The position numbers and the translations under genes were made by a program. From Flavobacteriales bacterium (GTDB taxonomy: Bacteria; Bacteroidota; Bacteroidia; Flavobacteriales_F; PHOS-HE28), in the NCBI GenBank assembly GCA_016788485.1, contig JAEUSV010000120.1:53744-117743 (forward strand): a DNA stretch of 64,000 bases, read 5' to 3'. The stretch's first letter is position 1; each line of letters opens with the position of its first letter. This document shows, one piece after another, positions 37,338-47,666 of the stretch. The notes beneath the pieces were generated by a model. The model saw only the letters and a program-made list of their open reading frames with translations. It made no database searches and was not told the DNA's origin.

Positions 37338-39248
37338 ATGAGCGAGACGAACTACAGTGAGGAGCATATCCGGTCGCTGGACTGGAAGGAGCACATCCGC
37401 CTGCGCCCGGGCATGTACATCGGCAAGCTGGGCGACGGCTCGGCGTACGACGACGGCATCTACATCCTGCTGAAGGAGGTGCTGGACAACTGCATCGACG
37501 AGTACGTGATGGGCCACGGCAAGAAGGTGGAGATCACCATCGAGGGGCCGCGCGTCACCGTGCGCGACTTCGGCCGCGGCGTGCCCCTGGGCAAGGTGGT
37601 GGACGTGGTGAGCAAGATCAACACCGGCGCCAAATACGACAGCAAGGCCTTCAAGAAGAGCGTGGGCCTGAACGGTGTGGGCACCAAGGCCGTGAACGCC
37701 CTCAGCACGTACTTCAAGATCGAGAGCGTGCGCGACGGGCAGTTGAAGAAGGCCGAGTTCGACACCGGCGTGCTGCGCAAGGATGAGAAGCTCGTGACCA
37801 CGCAGGAGCCCAACGGCACGCGCGTCACCTTCGAGCCGGACGAGGGCATCTTCCGCCATTTCCAGTACCGCGAGCAGCACATCGAGCGCCTGCTGTGGAA
37901 CTACTGCTACCTGAACACCGGCCTCACCATCGTCTACAACGGCCAGAAGTTCCAGAGCAAGAACGGGCTGCTGGACCTGCTGACCACCAAGATGGACGGG
38001 GAGCCGCTGTACCCGATCATCCACCTGGTGGGCGACGACATCGAGGTGGCGATGACCCACGCCAACCACTACGGCGAGGAGTATTACAGCTTCGTCAACG
38101 GCCAGCACACCACCCAGGGCGGCACCCACCAGGGCGCCTTCCGCGAGGCGGTGGCCAAGGTGATCCGCGATCACTTCAAGAAGGATTGGGAGGCCACCGA
38201 CATCCGCACCGGCATCGTGGCCGCCGTGAGCGTGAAGGTGATCGAGCCGGTGTTCGAGAGCCAGACCAAGACCAAGCTCGGCAGCCTGGAGATCGAGCCC
38301 GGCGGCCAGAGCATGCGCAGCTTCGTGGGCGACTTCCTCGCCACCAAGCTCGACAACTTCCTGCACAAGCACCCCGAGACGGTGCAGGCCCTGCAGGGCA
38401 AGATCCTGGAGAGCGAGCGCGAGCGCAAGGAGCTCAGCGGCATCCGCAAGCTCGCCCGTGAGCGCGCCAAGAAGGCCAGCCTGCACAACCGCAAGCTGCG
38501 CGACTGCCGCGTGCACCTCGACGATGCGAAGAACGACCCCCGCAAGCTCGAGACCACCCTCTTCATCACCGAGGGCGACAGCGCCAGCGGCAGCATCACC
38601 AAGAGCCGCGACGTGAACACGCAGGGCGTCTTCAGCCTCAAGGGCAAGCCCCTCAACGCCTACGGCCTCACCAAGAAGGGGGTGTACGAGAACGAGGAGT
38701 TCAACCTCATCCAGGCCGCGCTCAACATCGAGGACGGCATGGACGGGCTGCGCTACAACCGCATCGTCATCGCCACCGATGCCGATGTGGACGGCATGCA
38801 CATCCGGCTGCTGCTGATGACCTTCTTCCTGCAGTTCTTCCCCGACCTCATCAAGAACGACCACCTGTACATCCTGCAGACGCCGCTCTTCCGCGTGCGC
38901 AACAAGAAGGAGACCATCTACTGCTACAGCGACGAGGAGCGCCAGCGCGCCATCCTCAAGCTGGGCAAGAGCGCCGAGATCACCCGCTTCAAGGGCCTGG
39001 GCGAGATCAGCCCCGATGAGTTCAAGAACTTCATCGGTCCGGACATGCGCCTGGAGCCCGTGCAGATCACCAAGGACGCCTCGGTGCACGACCTGCTCGA
39101 GTTCTACATGGGCAAGAACACGCCCCAGCGCCAGGACTTCATCATCGGCAACCTGAAGGTGGAGAAGGACCTGGTGAAGGAGGAGGGCAAGGCCGATCCG
39201 CTCGGCGACATCGCACGGAAGCTCGAGGAGAACGAGGTGGAGGTGTAA
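37338..39248 (+). CDS. parE: DNA topoisomerase IV subunit B (type IIA topoisomerase ATPase subunit)
   Basis: The start was re-picked at [16 protein letters not shown]. It has a GHKL ATPase N-terminus ([12 protein letters not shown]) and Toprim region ([12 protein letters not shown]). It is called ParE rather than GyrB because a ParC-like gene follows and the protein is only 636 aa. Confidence 0.8.
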   Translation: MSETNYSEEHIRSLDWKEHIRLRPGMYIGKLGDGSAYDDGIYILLKEVLDNCIDEYVMGHGKKVEITIEGPRVTVRDFGRGVPLGKVVDVVSKINTGAKYDSKAFKKSVGLNGVGTKAVNALSTYFKIESVRDGQLKKAEFDTGVLRKDEKLVTTQEPNGTRVTFEPDEGIFRHFQYREQHIERLLWNYCYLNTGLTIVYNGQKFQSKNGLLDLLTTKMDGEPLYPIIHLVGDDIEVAMTHANHYGEEYYSFVNGQHTTQGGTHQGAFREAVAKVIRDHFKKDWEATDIRTGIVAAVSVKVIEPVFESQTKTKLGSLEIEPGGQSMRSFVGDFLATKLDNFLHKHPETVQALQGKILESERERKELSGIRKLARERAKKASLHNRKLRDCRVHLDDAKNDPRKLETTLFITEGDSASGSITKSRDVNTQGVFSLKGKPLNAYGLTKKGVYENEEFNLIQAALNIEDGMDGLRYNRIVIATDADVDGMHIRLLLMTFFLQFFPDLIKNDHLYILQTPLFRVRNKKETIYCYSDEERQRAILKLGKSAEITRFKGLGEISPDEFKNFIGPDMRLEPVQITKDASVHDLLEFYMGKNTPQRQDFIIGNLKVEKDLVKEEGKADPLGDIARKLEENEVEV

Positions 39249-39289
39249 GGAACGTGGCAATGGGTGAACCTGGAAATGACGGGCATACG

Positions 39290-40042
39290 ATGAGGACGCT
39301 GAGCATGAACGGACGGTCCGCGGTCCTGCGCCAATTCGCGCTCGCCGCGTTCGCGCACGTCCTGCTGGCCACTTCGACCTACGGTCAATCCACCGGCACG
39401 CTGCGCCTGCTCGTGGACCCCGGCGACAGCTACCAGTTCGTGCTCGACGGCAAGTACCGCATGCAGGAGCGCGAGGTGAAGCTGCTCGAGGGCCCGCACA
39501 CCTTCACTTTCTGGGCGCCCACCCGCAGCATGGTGGACACGGTGCTCCGCGTGCTGCCCGAGCGCACCACCGATGTGGTGATCCGGCTGCCGCACAGCCC
39601 TGAGTACATGGCCTACACGCGTGAGCTCCAGCAGCTGAAGAAGGAGCAGTGGCTGGGCCGCGTGCTCCCGTCGGCCGTCACCCTGGGCACCGGCATCTGG
39701 GCCGTTTCGGGCTTCGGCAACTACAAGGACGCCCACGAACAGCTCGAGGCCGATGAGGCCCTGTACACCAGCAGCGCCACGCCGCGCGAGCTGGAGCAGC
39801 TCAAGTCCACCGAACTGCCCCGCCACCAGCAGGAGTTCAAGGACGCGCGCACCATGTTCTACGTGAGCGGTGGTGTCTTCCTGGCCTCCGCCGCCTTCAC
39901 CACCTGGTCGATCATCAAGGCCTCGCGCAAGCCGGCCCCCACCTTCGAGGACAAGGAGAAGGTGCGCTTCGAGGGCCTGGTGTGGGTGCCCGGCCGACAG
40001 GGCGGTTCACTGGCCATGGGCCTTACCATCCCCATCCGATGA
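39290..40042 (+). CDS. hypothetical secreted/membrane protein between parE and parC
   Basis: A signal-like N-terminus (MRTLSMNGRSAVLRQFALAAFAHVLLATSTYGQ) is followed by a C-terminal hydrophobic helix. Alternative GTG/ATG starts exist at 39254 and 39260. Confidence 0.45.
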   Translation: MRTLSMNGRSAVLRQFALAAFAHVLLATSTYGQSTGTLRLLVDPGDSYQFVLDGKYRMQEREVKLLEGPHTFTFWAPTRSMVDTVLRVLPERTTDVVIRLPHSPEYMAYTRELQQLKKEQWLGRVLPSAVTLGTGIWAVSGFGNYKDAHEQLEADEALYTSSATPRELEQLKSTELPRHQQEFKDARTMFYVSGGVFLASAAFTTWSIIKASRKPAPTFEDKEKVRFEGLVWVPGRQGGSLAMGLTIPIR

Positions 40043-40464
40043 AACGCACGCTGATCCTCCTCCTGCCCGCGGTCCTGGCACTTTCCGGCTGCTACAAGGA
40101 CGAGACCGACGTGGCCTCCTGGACGAACAACCCCTTCGATCCGGGCTACACGGGCCCCAACGTGTTCAGTGTGGACACCACCTACATCGAGACGGGGGGC
40201 GTGCCACCGAACACCTTCATCCGCCAGGTGGTGGAGTTCCGCGTCAACAGCGGCCTCTTCCTGGCGCCCAACGCCTACCAGGTGCGCGTGAAGGACCTGG
40301 ACAACGGACAGGAGCAGTTGCTGAGCCAATACCCGGTGGGCAGCGACCTGTTCCGTTACTACAAGCTTGATTTCACCGTAGGGCAGGAGCTGTGCCTTGA
40401 AGCAGCGCTCTCCAACGAGCTCAGCGATGGGCGCCCTGAAACGATCTGTGCCACGCTGCAATGA
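40039..40464 (+). CDS. small lipoprotein
   Basis: The start MKRTLILLLPAVLALSGC is a lipobox. ATGA overlaps link it to both the upstream gene and the parC start. Confidence 0.55.
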   Translation: MKRTLILLLPAVLALSGCYKDETDVASWTNNPFDPGYTGPNVFSVDTTYIETGGVPPNTFIRQVVEFRVNSGLFLAPNAYQVRVKDLDNGQEQLLSQYPVGSDLFRYYKLDFTVGQELCLEAALSNELSDGRPETICATLQ

Positions 40465-43229
40465 GCGACAACATCGACGAACCGAGGGAAGGCGCCGGGG
40501 AGGCCGGCATGAACGAAGGCCAGGGCCACGAGGACCACGGCGCGGGCCACAAGGGCGTGCCGGGCGCGGGCCAGGCGGGCAGCTTCAGCGTGAGCGGCAT
40601 GTACCGCGAGTGGTTCCTGGACTACGCCAGCTACGTGATCTTGGAGCGTGCGGTGCCCGCGCTGTACGACGGCCTCAAGCCCGTGCAGCGGCGCATCCTG
40701 CACAGCATGAAGGTGCTCGATGACGGCCGCTACAACAAGGTGGCCAACATCATCGGCAACACCATGCAGTACCACCCGCATGGCGATGCCAGCATCGGTG
40801 ATGCGCTGGTGCAGCTGGGCCAGAAGGACCTGCTGATCGACTGCCAGGGCAACTGGGGCAACACGCTCACCGGCGACAGTGCGGCGGCGCCCCGTTACAT
40901 CGAGGCGCGCCTGAGCAAGTTCGCGCTCGACGTGGTCTTCAACCCCAAGACCACCGACTGGCAGCTCAGCTACGACGGCCGCAACAAGGAGCCCATCTTC
41001 CTGCCGGTGAAGTTCCCGCTGCTGCTCGCCCAGGGCGCCGAGGGCATCGCCGTGGGCCTGAGCTGCAAGATCCTCCCGCACAACTTCAACGAGCTCATCG
41101 ACGCCAGCATCGCCGTGCTGCGCAAGCGCTCGTTCGACCTGGTGCCCGACTTCCCCACGGGCGGCCTGGCCGATGTGAGCAACTACAACGAGGGCGAGCG
41201 CGGCGGCCGCGTGCGTTGCAGGGCGCGGATCCGCAAGGAGGACAACAAGACCCTGGTGATCAACGAGATCCCCTTCGGCACCACCACCTCCTCGCTCATC
41301 GAGAGCATCATCAAGGCCAACGACAAGGGCAAGATCAAGGTCCGCCACATCGAGGACAACACCGCCGAGAACGCCGAGATCCTCATCCACCTCGCCGCCG
41401 GGGTGAGCCCCGACACCACCATCGACGCGCTCTACGCCTTCACCGATTGCGAGGTGAGCATCGCGCCCAACGCGGTGGTGATCGAGAACGACAAGCCCCG
41501 CTTCGTGAGCGTGAAGGAGCTCCTGCGCATCAGCACGGAGAACACCCTTCGCCTGCTGAAGCTCGAGCTCGAGATCAAGCTGGAGGAGCTGGAGGCCCAA
41601 TGGCACTTCAGCTCGCTGGAGCGCATCTTCATCGAGAAGAAGGTGTACCGCAAGATCGAGGAGGCCGAGACCTGGGAGGAGGTGCTCAGCTTCATCGACA
41701 AGGGCCTGAAGCCCCACATCAAGGAGCTGCGGCGTCCCGTCACCGAGGAGGACATCCTCCGCCTCACCGAGATCCGCATCAAGCGCATCTCCAAGTACGA
41801 CAGCTTCAAGGCCGATGAGCACATCCGCGGCCTCGAGGACCAGATCGCCGAGGTGAAGGACAAGCTGGCCAACCTGGTGGACCACGCGGTGGACCACTTC
41901 AAGGAGCTGAAGCGCAAGTACGGCGCGGGCCGCGAGCGGCGCACCGAGCTGCGCACCTTCGACACCATCGTGGCCGCCAAGGTGGCCGTGGCCAACAAGA
42001 AGCTCTACTTCGACCGCGAGGAGGGCTTCATGGGCTGGAGCCTGCGCAACAACGAGCTCGTCACCGAGTGCTCCGAGATCGACGACATCATCGTGTTCCG
42101 CCTCAACGGCACCATGATGGTGACCAAGGTGGCCGACAAGAAGTTCATCGGCAAGGGCGTGATCCACATCGGCGTATTCAAGAAGAACGACGAGCGCACG
42201 ATCTACCACATGATCTACCAGGACGGGCCGAAGGGCGCCTTCTTCATGAAGCGCTTCGCCGTCACCGGTGTCACGCGTGACAAGGAGTACGACCTGACGG
42301 CCGGCACACCGGGCAGCAGCGTGGAGTACTTCACCTGCAACCCCGACGGTGCCAGCGAGACGGTGACCGTGGTGCTGCGGCCGAAGCCCAACCTGCGCAA
42401 GACCAAGTTCGACATCGACTTCGCGCAGCTCGGCGTGAAGGGGCGCAGCAGCCGCGGCAACCTGCTCACGCGGTACAGCGTGCAGAAGGTCACGCAGAAG
42501 GAGCGGGGCGGCAGCACGCTCGGCGCCATCCCCATCTGGTTCGATGAGACCGTGCGCCGCCTGAACGACGCGGGCCACGGCCGCTACCTGGGCCGCTTCG
42601 CCGGCGAGGACCGCATCCTGGCCATCATGGCCAACGGCACCTACCAGCTCTTCCCCTTCGTGCTCAGTACCCACTTCCCCGACAACGCCCTCACCGTGGT
42701 GAAGTGGAACCCCAAGGACGTGGTGACCGCTGTGTACTGGGAAGGGGAGAAGCAGCAGCTCAACGTGAAGCGCTTCGAGGTCGAGCCCGCGCGCGACCCC
42801 GTGCTCTTCATCACCGAGCACCCGGAAAGCAAGCTGCTCGCGCACAGCCTGGTGGCCGACCCCGTGCTGCACGTGGCCTACGACAAGCGCAGCACCAGCC
42901 GCGAGGACGAGGACGTGGCCCTGCGCGAGTTCATCGCCGTGAAGGGCGTGAAGGCCTTGGGCAACCGCCTCACCCCGCACAAGGTGAAGGACGTGAGCCT
43001 GCTCACTCCGGTCTTCGTGCCCATGACCCCCGAGCTGGAGGAGGTGCAGGGCATGCTCATCAGCGAGGACGAGATCGGCAACCTGGAGGCGCCCGAGGAG
43101 GAGGGCCTGGAGGAGAGCCCGGTGAAGCAGTTCAAGAAGGCGCAGAGCACCGACGACGTGGAGCGTTCGCCCGAGGACCCCATCATCGGCTACGAGCCCG
43201 GCAAGCAGATCACGCTGGGGCTCGACTGA
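40461..43229 (+). CDS. parC: DNA topoisomerase IV subunit A
   Basis: The 922-aa ORF reads ASYVILERAVPALYDGLKPVQRRILHSM...AAPRYIEARL (active-site Tyr region). It has an extended C-terminal domain. Confidence 0.88.
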   Translation: MSDNIDEPREGAGEAGMNEGQGHEDHGAGHKGVPGAGQAGSFSVSGMYREWFLDYASYVILERAVPALYDGLKPVQRRILHSMKVLDDGRYNKVANIIGNTMQYHPHGDASIGDALVQLGQKDLLIDCQGNWGNTLTGDSAAAPRYIEARLSKFALDVVFNPKTTDWQLSYDGRNKEPIFLPVKFPLLLAQGAEGIAVGLSCKILPHNFNELIDASIAVLRKRSFDLVPDFPTGGLADVSNYNEGERGGRVRCRARIRKEDNKTLVINEIPFGTTTSSLIESIIKANDKGKIKVRHIEDNTAENAEILIHLAAGVSPDTTIDALYAFTDCEVSIAPNAVVIENDKPRFVSVKELLRISTENTLRLLKLELEIKLEELEAQWHFSSLERIFIEKKVYRKIEEAETWEEVLSFIDKGLKPHIKELRRPVTEEDILRLTEIRIKRISKYDSFKADEHIRGLEDQIAEVKDKLANLVDHAVDHFKELKRKYGAGRERRTELRTFDTIVAAKVAVANKKLYFDREEGFMGWSLRNNELVTECSEIDDIIVFRLNGTMMVTKVADKKFIGKGVIHIGVFKKNDERTIYHMIYQDGPKGAFFMKRFAVTGVTRDKEYDLTAGTPGSSVEYFTCNPDGASETVTVVLRPKPNLRKTKFDIDFAQLGVKGRSSRGNLLTRYSVQKVTQKERGGSTLGAIPIWFDETVRRLNDAGHGRYLGRFAGEDRILAIMANGTYQLFPFVLSTHFPDNALTVVKWNPKDVVTAVYWEGEKQQLNVKRFEVEPARDPVLFITEHPESKLLAHSLVADPVLHVAYDKRSTSREDEDVALREFIAVKGVKALGNRLTPHKVKDVSLLTPVFVPMTPELEEVQGMLISEDEIGNLEAPEEEGLEESPVKQFKKAQSTDDVERSPEDPIIGYEPGKQITLGLD

Positions 43230-44017
43230 TGCGCCCCTGGCTGTTCGTTGCGCTTTGGGCCATCGCCTGCCAGGCCATCGGTCAGGTGACGGTGCTGGTC
43301 GACACGGCGCGCGCCGTGCAGCCCTGGCCTCCCTACGAGACCTACTCCTTCCCGCGGATCAGGCTGCCCCAACATCCCGCCGTCGCCGCCCGGATCGACC
43401 ACGACCTGTGCATCGACGTCCTCGAAGTGGACCCCGATACGGCCAATGGTCATCTCTTCGACAGGGTGTGGGGCGATACCGTGGGCTGGACAACGCCGCG
43501 GCTCAGTTACCTGGAATGGAGCGTCCGGCGACCCTTCCCCGGGGTGCTGGAGGTGGAGTTGAGCGCTGAAGGCTGCGGGGCGTATTGCGAAGGCTTCACC
43601 ACGCACTACCAGTACGACCTGCGCACGGGGCGACGGCTCGACTACGACAGCCTGTTCACCCCGCAGGGCATCGCGACGCTCAACGACACGCTGTACAAGG
43701 CCTGGACCGCCCTGCTCAACGGGCACATCGCCGGCGTGGTGGACAGCCTGGCCGATTCCGAGATCGACCCGGAATACGTCGAGTTCCTGCGCGCCGAGCT
43801 GGAGTTGTACCGCAACTGCCTGGGGGAGCGCACCGACGATCCCTACGTGGAGGACCTCATGTTCGAAGCGGAAGGTGTGAGGTTCTTCATCTCGCGCTGT
43901 GCAGGTCATGTGGACCTGGCGCTTGATGAGCTTGATCCGGTGAGCTTCGTGCTGCCCTACGGATGGTGCGGCCGCTGGATGCGGCCCGACCTGCGGCCGC
44001 TGTTCCCACGGCCTTGA
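43229..44017 (+). CDS. secreted hypothetical protein
   Basis: The start was re-picked at MRPWLFVALWAIACQAIGQ, overlapping the parC stop (TGATG). The ~262-aa product is Cys-containing and has no recognised domain. Confidence 0.5.
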   Translation: MRPWLFVALWAIACQAIGQVTVLVDTARAVQPWPPYETYSFPRIRLPQHPAVAARIDHDLCIDVLEVDPDTANGHLFDRVWGDTVGWTTPRLSYLEWSVRRPFPGVLEVELSAEGCGAYCEGFTTHYQYDLRTGRRLDYDSLFTPQGIATLNDTLYKAWTALLNGHIAGVVDSLADSEIDPEYVEFLRAELELYRNCLGERTDDPYVEDLMFEAEGVRFFISRCAGHVDLALDELDPVSFVLPYGWCGRWMRPDLRPLFPRP

Positions 44018-44117
44018 AATGGCAGGACCCGGTCCTCCGCAGAGGCCGGGTCCAGGAAGAGGTGCGCCCAACTTGCTCCGGTACGGGCCGACCAGCCGCT
44101 CCAGACCGGTCCACACC

Positions 44118-44246
44118 TCAATGCGCCAGTACGAACTCGAACAGCACCACCCCCAGCAGACAGGCGACCGACGTGGCCAAGGCCAACCACCAGAGCAGTC
44201 CGCTCCAGGAGAATCGTTCCTTCCGTCTGTTCGCTTGGGAGATCAT
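44118..44246 (-). CDS. candidate 42-aa single-TM small protein (below the ORF-track cutoff)
   Basis: The reverse complement reads MISQANRRKERFSWSGLLWWLALATSVACLLGVVLFEFVLAH. It sits in a 350-bp tail-to-tail gap, downstream of usp on the same strand. A palindromic AT-rich element lies about 50 nt upstream. Confidence 0.25.
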   Translation of the reverse strand: MISQANRRKERFSWSGLLWWLALATSVACLLGVVLFEFVLAH

Positions 44247-44292
44247 GTCCGGGTACGGCCACAAAGTGAGCGCACCCGAAAAGGCCGTACAA

Positions 44293-44329
44293 GGTGAAAT
44301 TTCACAGTATCATACTGTGTTTTTTCACC
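44293..44329. promoter_or_regulatory. AT-rich inverted repeat, either an operator or a bidirectional terminator
   Basis: The sequence is GGTGAAATTTCACAGTAT-C-ATACTGTGTTTTTTCACC. It has an 8-bp perfect inner palindrome CACAGTAT/ATACTGTG and outer GGTGAAA/TTTCACC arms. A T6 run follows on the + strand. It is the only strongly AT-rich segment in this gap. Confidence 0.4.
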
Positions 44330-44368
44330 TTTTACAGGTTTGAGAAATTTCGTATAGAAGCCCCCCGG

Positions 44369-45151
44369 TCAGGGTACGCAGAGCACCGGGATGCCGTGCG
44401 CATTGGTGAGCACACGCTCCTTTTCGGCATCGGCGATCCAGCGATGGTCGTCGCTGGCGTGGGCCATGATGGCGATGCAGCCGGCGCCCGCCTCGTGGGC
44501 GTGGCGGATGGTCTGCTCGGCGAATCCCGCGCTGAACACGGTGGACGGTTCGTTGACCTCCTTCACCGGCACACCCACGGCCTCAAGGCGCTGGAGCATC
44601 ATCACCTTGTTGGTCAGCAGGTGCTCGGAGGGCTGGTCGCCCGGGCGCATCACCTGGTACACCTCCACGGAAGACCCACAGACCTTGGCCAGGCGCGCCA
44701 CGGCCTCGATCAGCTTGTCCGCGTCGCTGTGCGAGGCCACCGGCATCACGATGCGCTTCAGCGCCACCGGAACCGGGCTGTGCTCCTGCACTACCAACGT
44801 GGGCACGGCCGAGCGGCGCACCAGCTTCAGGATGTCGGCGCCCAGCAATGACTGCCGCAGCCCGCGGGGGCCGTGCGTGGCGCAAACCATGAACGAGTGG
44901 CCGTGCGCGGATTCCCGTGCGATCTGGTCCAGCGGGTCGCCCGAGCGGAGCACCTCCCGCACCGTGCGCCCCCCGCTCTCCGAGCCCACCAGCTCCGCCG
45001 CCTGGTGCAGCACCTCGGCGCTGCGCGGCTCCTTGTCCACCACGTGCAACAGCGTGATGGACGCGTTCAACTGGGCCCCCAGGGCCGCCGCGTAGTGCAG
45101 CGCCGTTCCCGATGCGGGGGTGAGGTCGGTGGGGCAGAGGATGTCGTTCAT
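44369..45151 (-). CDS. universal stress protein (tandem UspA domains)
   Basis: The 260-aa ORF has two Usp-like halves (ITLLHVVD..., GCIAIMAHASDDHRW...IPVLCVP). Confidence 0.8.
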   Translation of the reverse strand: MNDILCPTDLTPASGTALHYAAALGAQLNASITLLHVVDKEPRSAEVLHQAAELVGSESGGRTVREVLRSGDPLDQIARESAHGHSFMVCATHGPRGLRQSLLGADILKLVRRSAVPTLVVQEHSPVPVALKRIVMPVASHSDADKLIEAVARLAKVCGSSVEVYQVMRPGDQPSEHLLTNKVMMLQRLEAVGVPVKEVNEPSTVFSAGFAEQTIRHAHEAGAGCIAIMAHASDDHRWIADAEKERVLTNAHGIPVLCVP

Positions 45152-45296
45152 GGACAGGTGCGGAAAAGTAAGATAACGCCGCCGCTCACCGGGGCGACTT
45201 GCCTTCTCCCGTGGAAGGCTGACCGTTCCCTCCCACAGAGGCGCCCTTGCACGTGGTGCGGACCGGAAAGCCGTGGAATGCCGTTACTTGCAGGCC

Positions 45297-47666
45297 ATGA
45301 TCCGTCCGCTCTTCGCGTTCGCAGCGCTCCTTCCCTCCATCGGTCTCCTGGCCCAGGTGAACATCACCCAGGTGGGGCAGTACGACTACCAGGCCGCCCG
45401 CAACAGCGACCTCAGCAACCTCTGGGGCTACGTGGATGAACTGGGGAACGAGTACGCCCTTGTGGGCGTGAACGGCGACCCCAATGTGCCCGGTTCCGGC
45501 GGGTTCTCCGTGGTGGACGTCACCGATCCGGCCAATCCGGTCGAGGTCTACTTCACCCCGGGGCCCAACAGCATCTGGCGCGAGATCAAGACCTGGGGCG
45601 ACTTCGCCTACATGACCACCGAGGCCCAGGCAGGCCTGTACATCATCGACCTGACGCCGCTGCCCGGCGGAACACCGACGGTGACCCTGTTCAACGGCAA
45701 TGGATGGGACACCTCCCACAGCCTCTTCATCGATGAGAACGGCCGCCTCTACCTGCATGGCGCCAACCGCGGCAACGGTGGGGTGATCATGTACGACCTG
45801 ACCCAGGACCCCAACAACCCCGTGGAGGTCGGCGAGTTCGACCAGTGGTACTGCCACGACAGCTATGCGCGCGGCGACACCCTATATGCCGCCCACATCA
45901 ACGACGGCTTCTTCAGCATCGTGGACGTGAGCGACCCGGCCAACCCGGTGTTGCTGGGCACCCAGTTCACCCCCAACAACTTCACGCACAACACCTGGCT
46001 CGACGACAGCGGCCAGTACCTCTTCACCACCGACGAGAAGCCCAACAGCTACGTGGCGGCCTACGATGTGAGCGACCCCACCGACATCCAGGAGGTGGAC
46101 CGCCTGCAGACCTCCCCGGGCAGCCAGGCCATCGTGCATAACACCTACTGGCTGAACGACTACGTGGTGCAGAGCTACTACACCGAAGGCGTATCGATCT
46201 ACGACGTGCAGGACCCCACCAACATGGTGGAGGTGGGGCATTACGATTCCTCGCCGTTCACCGGTTCGGGCTTCAACGGCGCCTGGGGCGTCTATCCCTA
46301 CCTGCCCAGCGGCCGCCTGCTGGTGAGCGACATCGAGGAGGGCCTCTTCATCCTGGAGCCCACCTACGTGCGCGGCTGCTACCTCGAAGGCACGGTGACC
46401 AACGCGGTGACCCTTGCCGCCGTGAACAATGCCACGGTCAACATCCTGGCCACCGGGGTCTCCACGCTTTCCGGTTTCGCCGGTGGCTTCGCCATGGGCT
46501 ACCACACCGCAGGCACCTACACCGTGGAGGTGAGCGCTCCCGGCTACTTCCCGGCCACGGTGCCGGGCGTGGTGCTGCAGAACGGCGTGCTCACCGTGCA
46601 GGACGTGCAGCTCGATCCCATCCCGACCTCGGTCGTGGCGGGTGATGTCGTTGGCCCGGCCCCCGGGCAGGCAGGCGCCGTGGTCGTGCTCGACAACGGT
46701 ACCCAGCAGTACACCGGCACCACCGCGGCCGACGGTACGTTCACCATCACCGGTGTCACCTATGGCACTTATGACGTGGCGGTGGGGCTGTGGGGCTTCC
46801 AGCCCCTGTGCATCACCGGCCTGGTGGTGGATGCGAACACCCCTGCGCAGACCTTCACCCTGCTGGCCGGCTATGCCGACGATTTCAGCCTCGACCTGGG
46901 CTGGCAACAGGTCACCGGTGGCTCCTCCGGCACCTGGGTGCGCGAAGCACCGGTGGGCACCACCAACCAGGGCCAGCCTTGTGCGCCCGGCACCGATGTC
47001 ACCGGTGATTGCGGTGAACAGGCCTACGTGACGGGTAATGGCGGAGGCGCGCCGGGGGACGATGACGTGGACGGAGGGGCCCAGGAGCTCACCTCCCCGG
47101 CGTTCGATGCCTCGCAGATGGCCGACCCGCACGTGCGCTTCAGCTACTGGTTCTTCAACGGCGGTGGCCAGGGGACCCTGCCCAACGACACCCTGCGTGT
47201 GGCGCTGATCAACGGCACCGATACCATCGACATCCTGCAGCGCACCCTGTACAACGGACCGGTGGGCCAGTGGATCGATACCCTGGTGCGGATCAGTGAT
47301 GTGACCAGCCCCGGTGCCGCCATGCGGCTCTACGTCAATGCGGCCGACCGGCAGCCCGGCCACCTCGTGGAGGGCGGGATCGATGCGTTCGAGGTGCTGG
47401 CCGATCCCTTCGCGGGCGTGGCTCTGTTGCGCGGTGAAGGTGCGCTGCGCCTTTGGCCGAACCCCGGTGCCGACCGTTTCGCGGTGGATGCACGCGCGAA
47501 CGAGGTGCTGCGCATCCTCGATGTGCAAGGCAGGACGGTGCTCGGCCCGGTGGTGATGACCACCGGAGCGAACGCTGTTGCTGCCGACCTGGCCGAAGGC
47601 GTCTACCTGGTGCGGATCGAAGGGGCGGAAGGCGTACGTGCCGCCCGCTGGGTGGTGCAGCGCTGA
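45297..47666 (+). CDS. T9SS-sorted LVIVD-repeat (choice-of-anchor-B-like) beta-propeller protein with CarbopepD_reg-like domains
   Basis: It has a signal peptide (MIRPLFAFAALLPSIGLLAQ). LVIVD-like repeats are present (GLYIIDLTP, GGVIMYDLTQDPNNP, GFFSIVDVSDPANP, YVAAYDVSDPTDI, GVSIYDVQDPTNM). Two GTVTNA.../GDVVGPA... beta-sandwich-like domains follow. The C-terminus (LWPNPGADRFAVDA...GVYLVRIEGAEG) is a T9SS CTD. Confidence 0.7.
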   Translation: MIRPLFAFAALLPSIGLLAQVNITQVGQYDYQAARNSDLSNLWGYVDELGNEYALVGVNGDPNVPGSGGFSVVDVTDPANPVEVYFTPGPNSIWREIKTWGDFAYMTTEAQAGLYIIDLTPLPGGTPTVTLFNGNGWDTSHSLFIDENGRLYLHGANRGNGGVIMYDLTQDPNNPVEVGEFDQWYCHDSYARGDTLYAAHINDGFFSIVDVSDPANPVLLGTQFTPNNFTHNTWLDDSGQYLFTTDEKPNSYVAAYDVSDPTDIQEVDRLQTSPGSQAIVHNTYWLNDYVVQSYYTEGVSIYDVQDPTNMVEVGHYDSSPFTGSGFNGAWGVYPYLPSGRLLVSDIEEGLFILEPTYVRGCYLEGTVTNAVTLAAVNNATVNILATGVSTLSGFAGGFAMGYHTAGTYTVEVSAPGYFPATVPGVVLQNGVLTVQDVQLDPIPTSVVAGDVVGPAPGQAGAVVVLDNGTQQYTGTTAADGTFTITGVTYGTYDVAVGLWGFQPLCITGLVVDANTPAQTFTLLAGYADDFSLDLGWQQVTGGSSGTWVREAPVGTTNQGQPCAPGTDVTGDCGEQAYVTGNGGGAPGDDDVDGGAQELTSPAFDASQMADPHVRFSYWFFNGGGQGTLPNDTLRVALINGTDTIDILQRTLYNGPVGQWIDTLVRISDVTSPGAAMRLYVNAADRQPGHLVEGGIDAFEVLADPFAGVALLRGEGALRLWPNPGADRFAVDARANEVLRILDVQGRTVLGPVVMTTGANAVAADLAEGVYLVRIEGAEGVRAARWVVQR

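Noticed and set aside
34991-42980. Long reverse-strand ORFs (34991-37180, 37281-39260, 40359-42980) opposite dcp, parE and parC
   Set aside because: The + strand genes have unmistakable HEFGH, GHKL/Toprim and GyrA-like motifs. The reverse frames are low-complexity.
43957-44297. ORFs 43957-44292 (-) and 44019-44297 (+) in the 350-bp gap
   Set aside because: Both translate to Pro/Gly/Arg-rich low-complexity peptides. The only convincing frame in this gap is the 42-aa TM peptide in a different frame.
45882-47528. 548-aa reverse ORF opposite the LVIVD/T9SS protein gene
   Set aside because: It is a shadow frame. The + frame has a signal peptide, LVIVD repeats and a canonical T9SS CTD.
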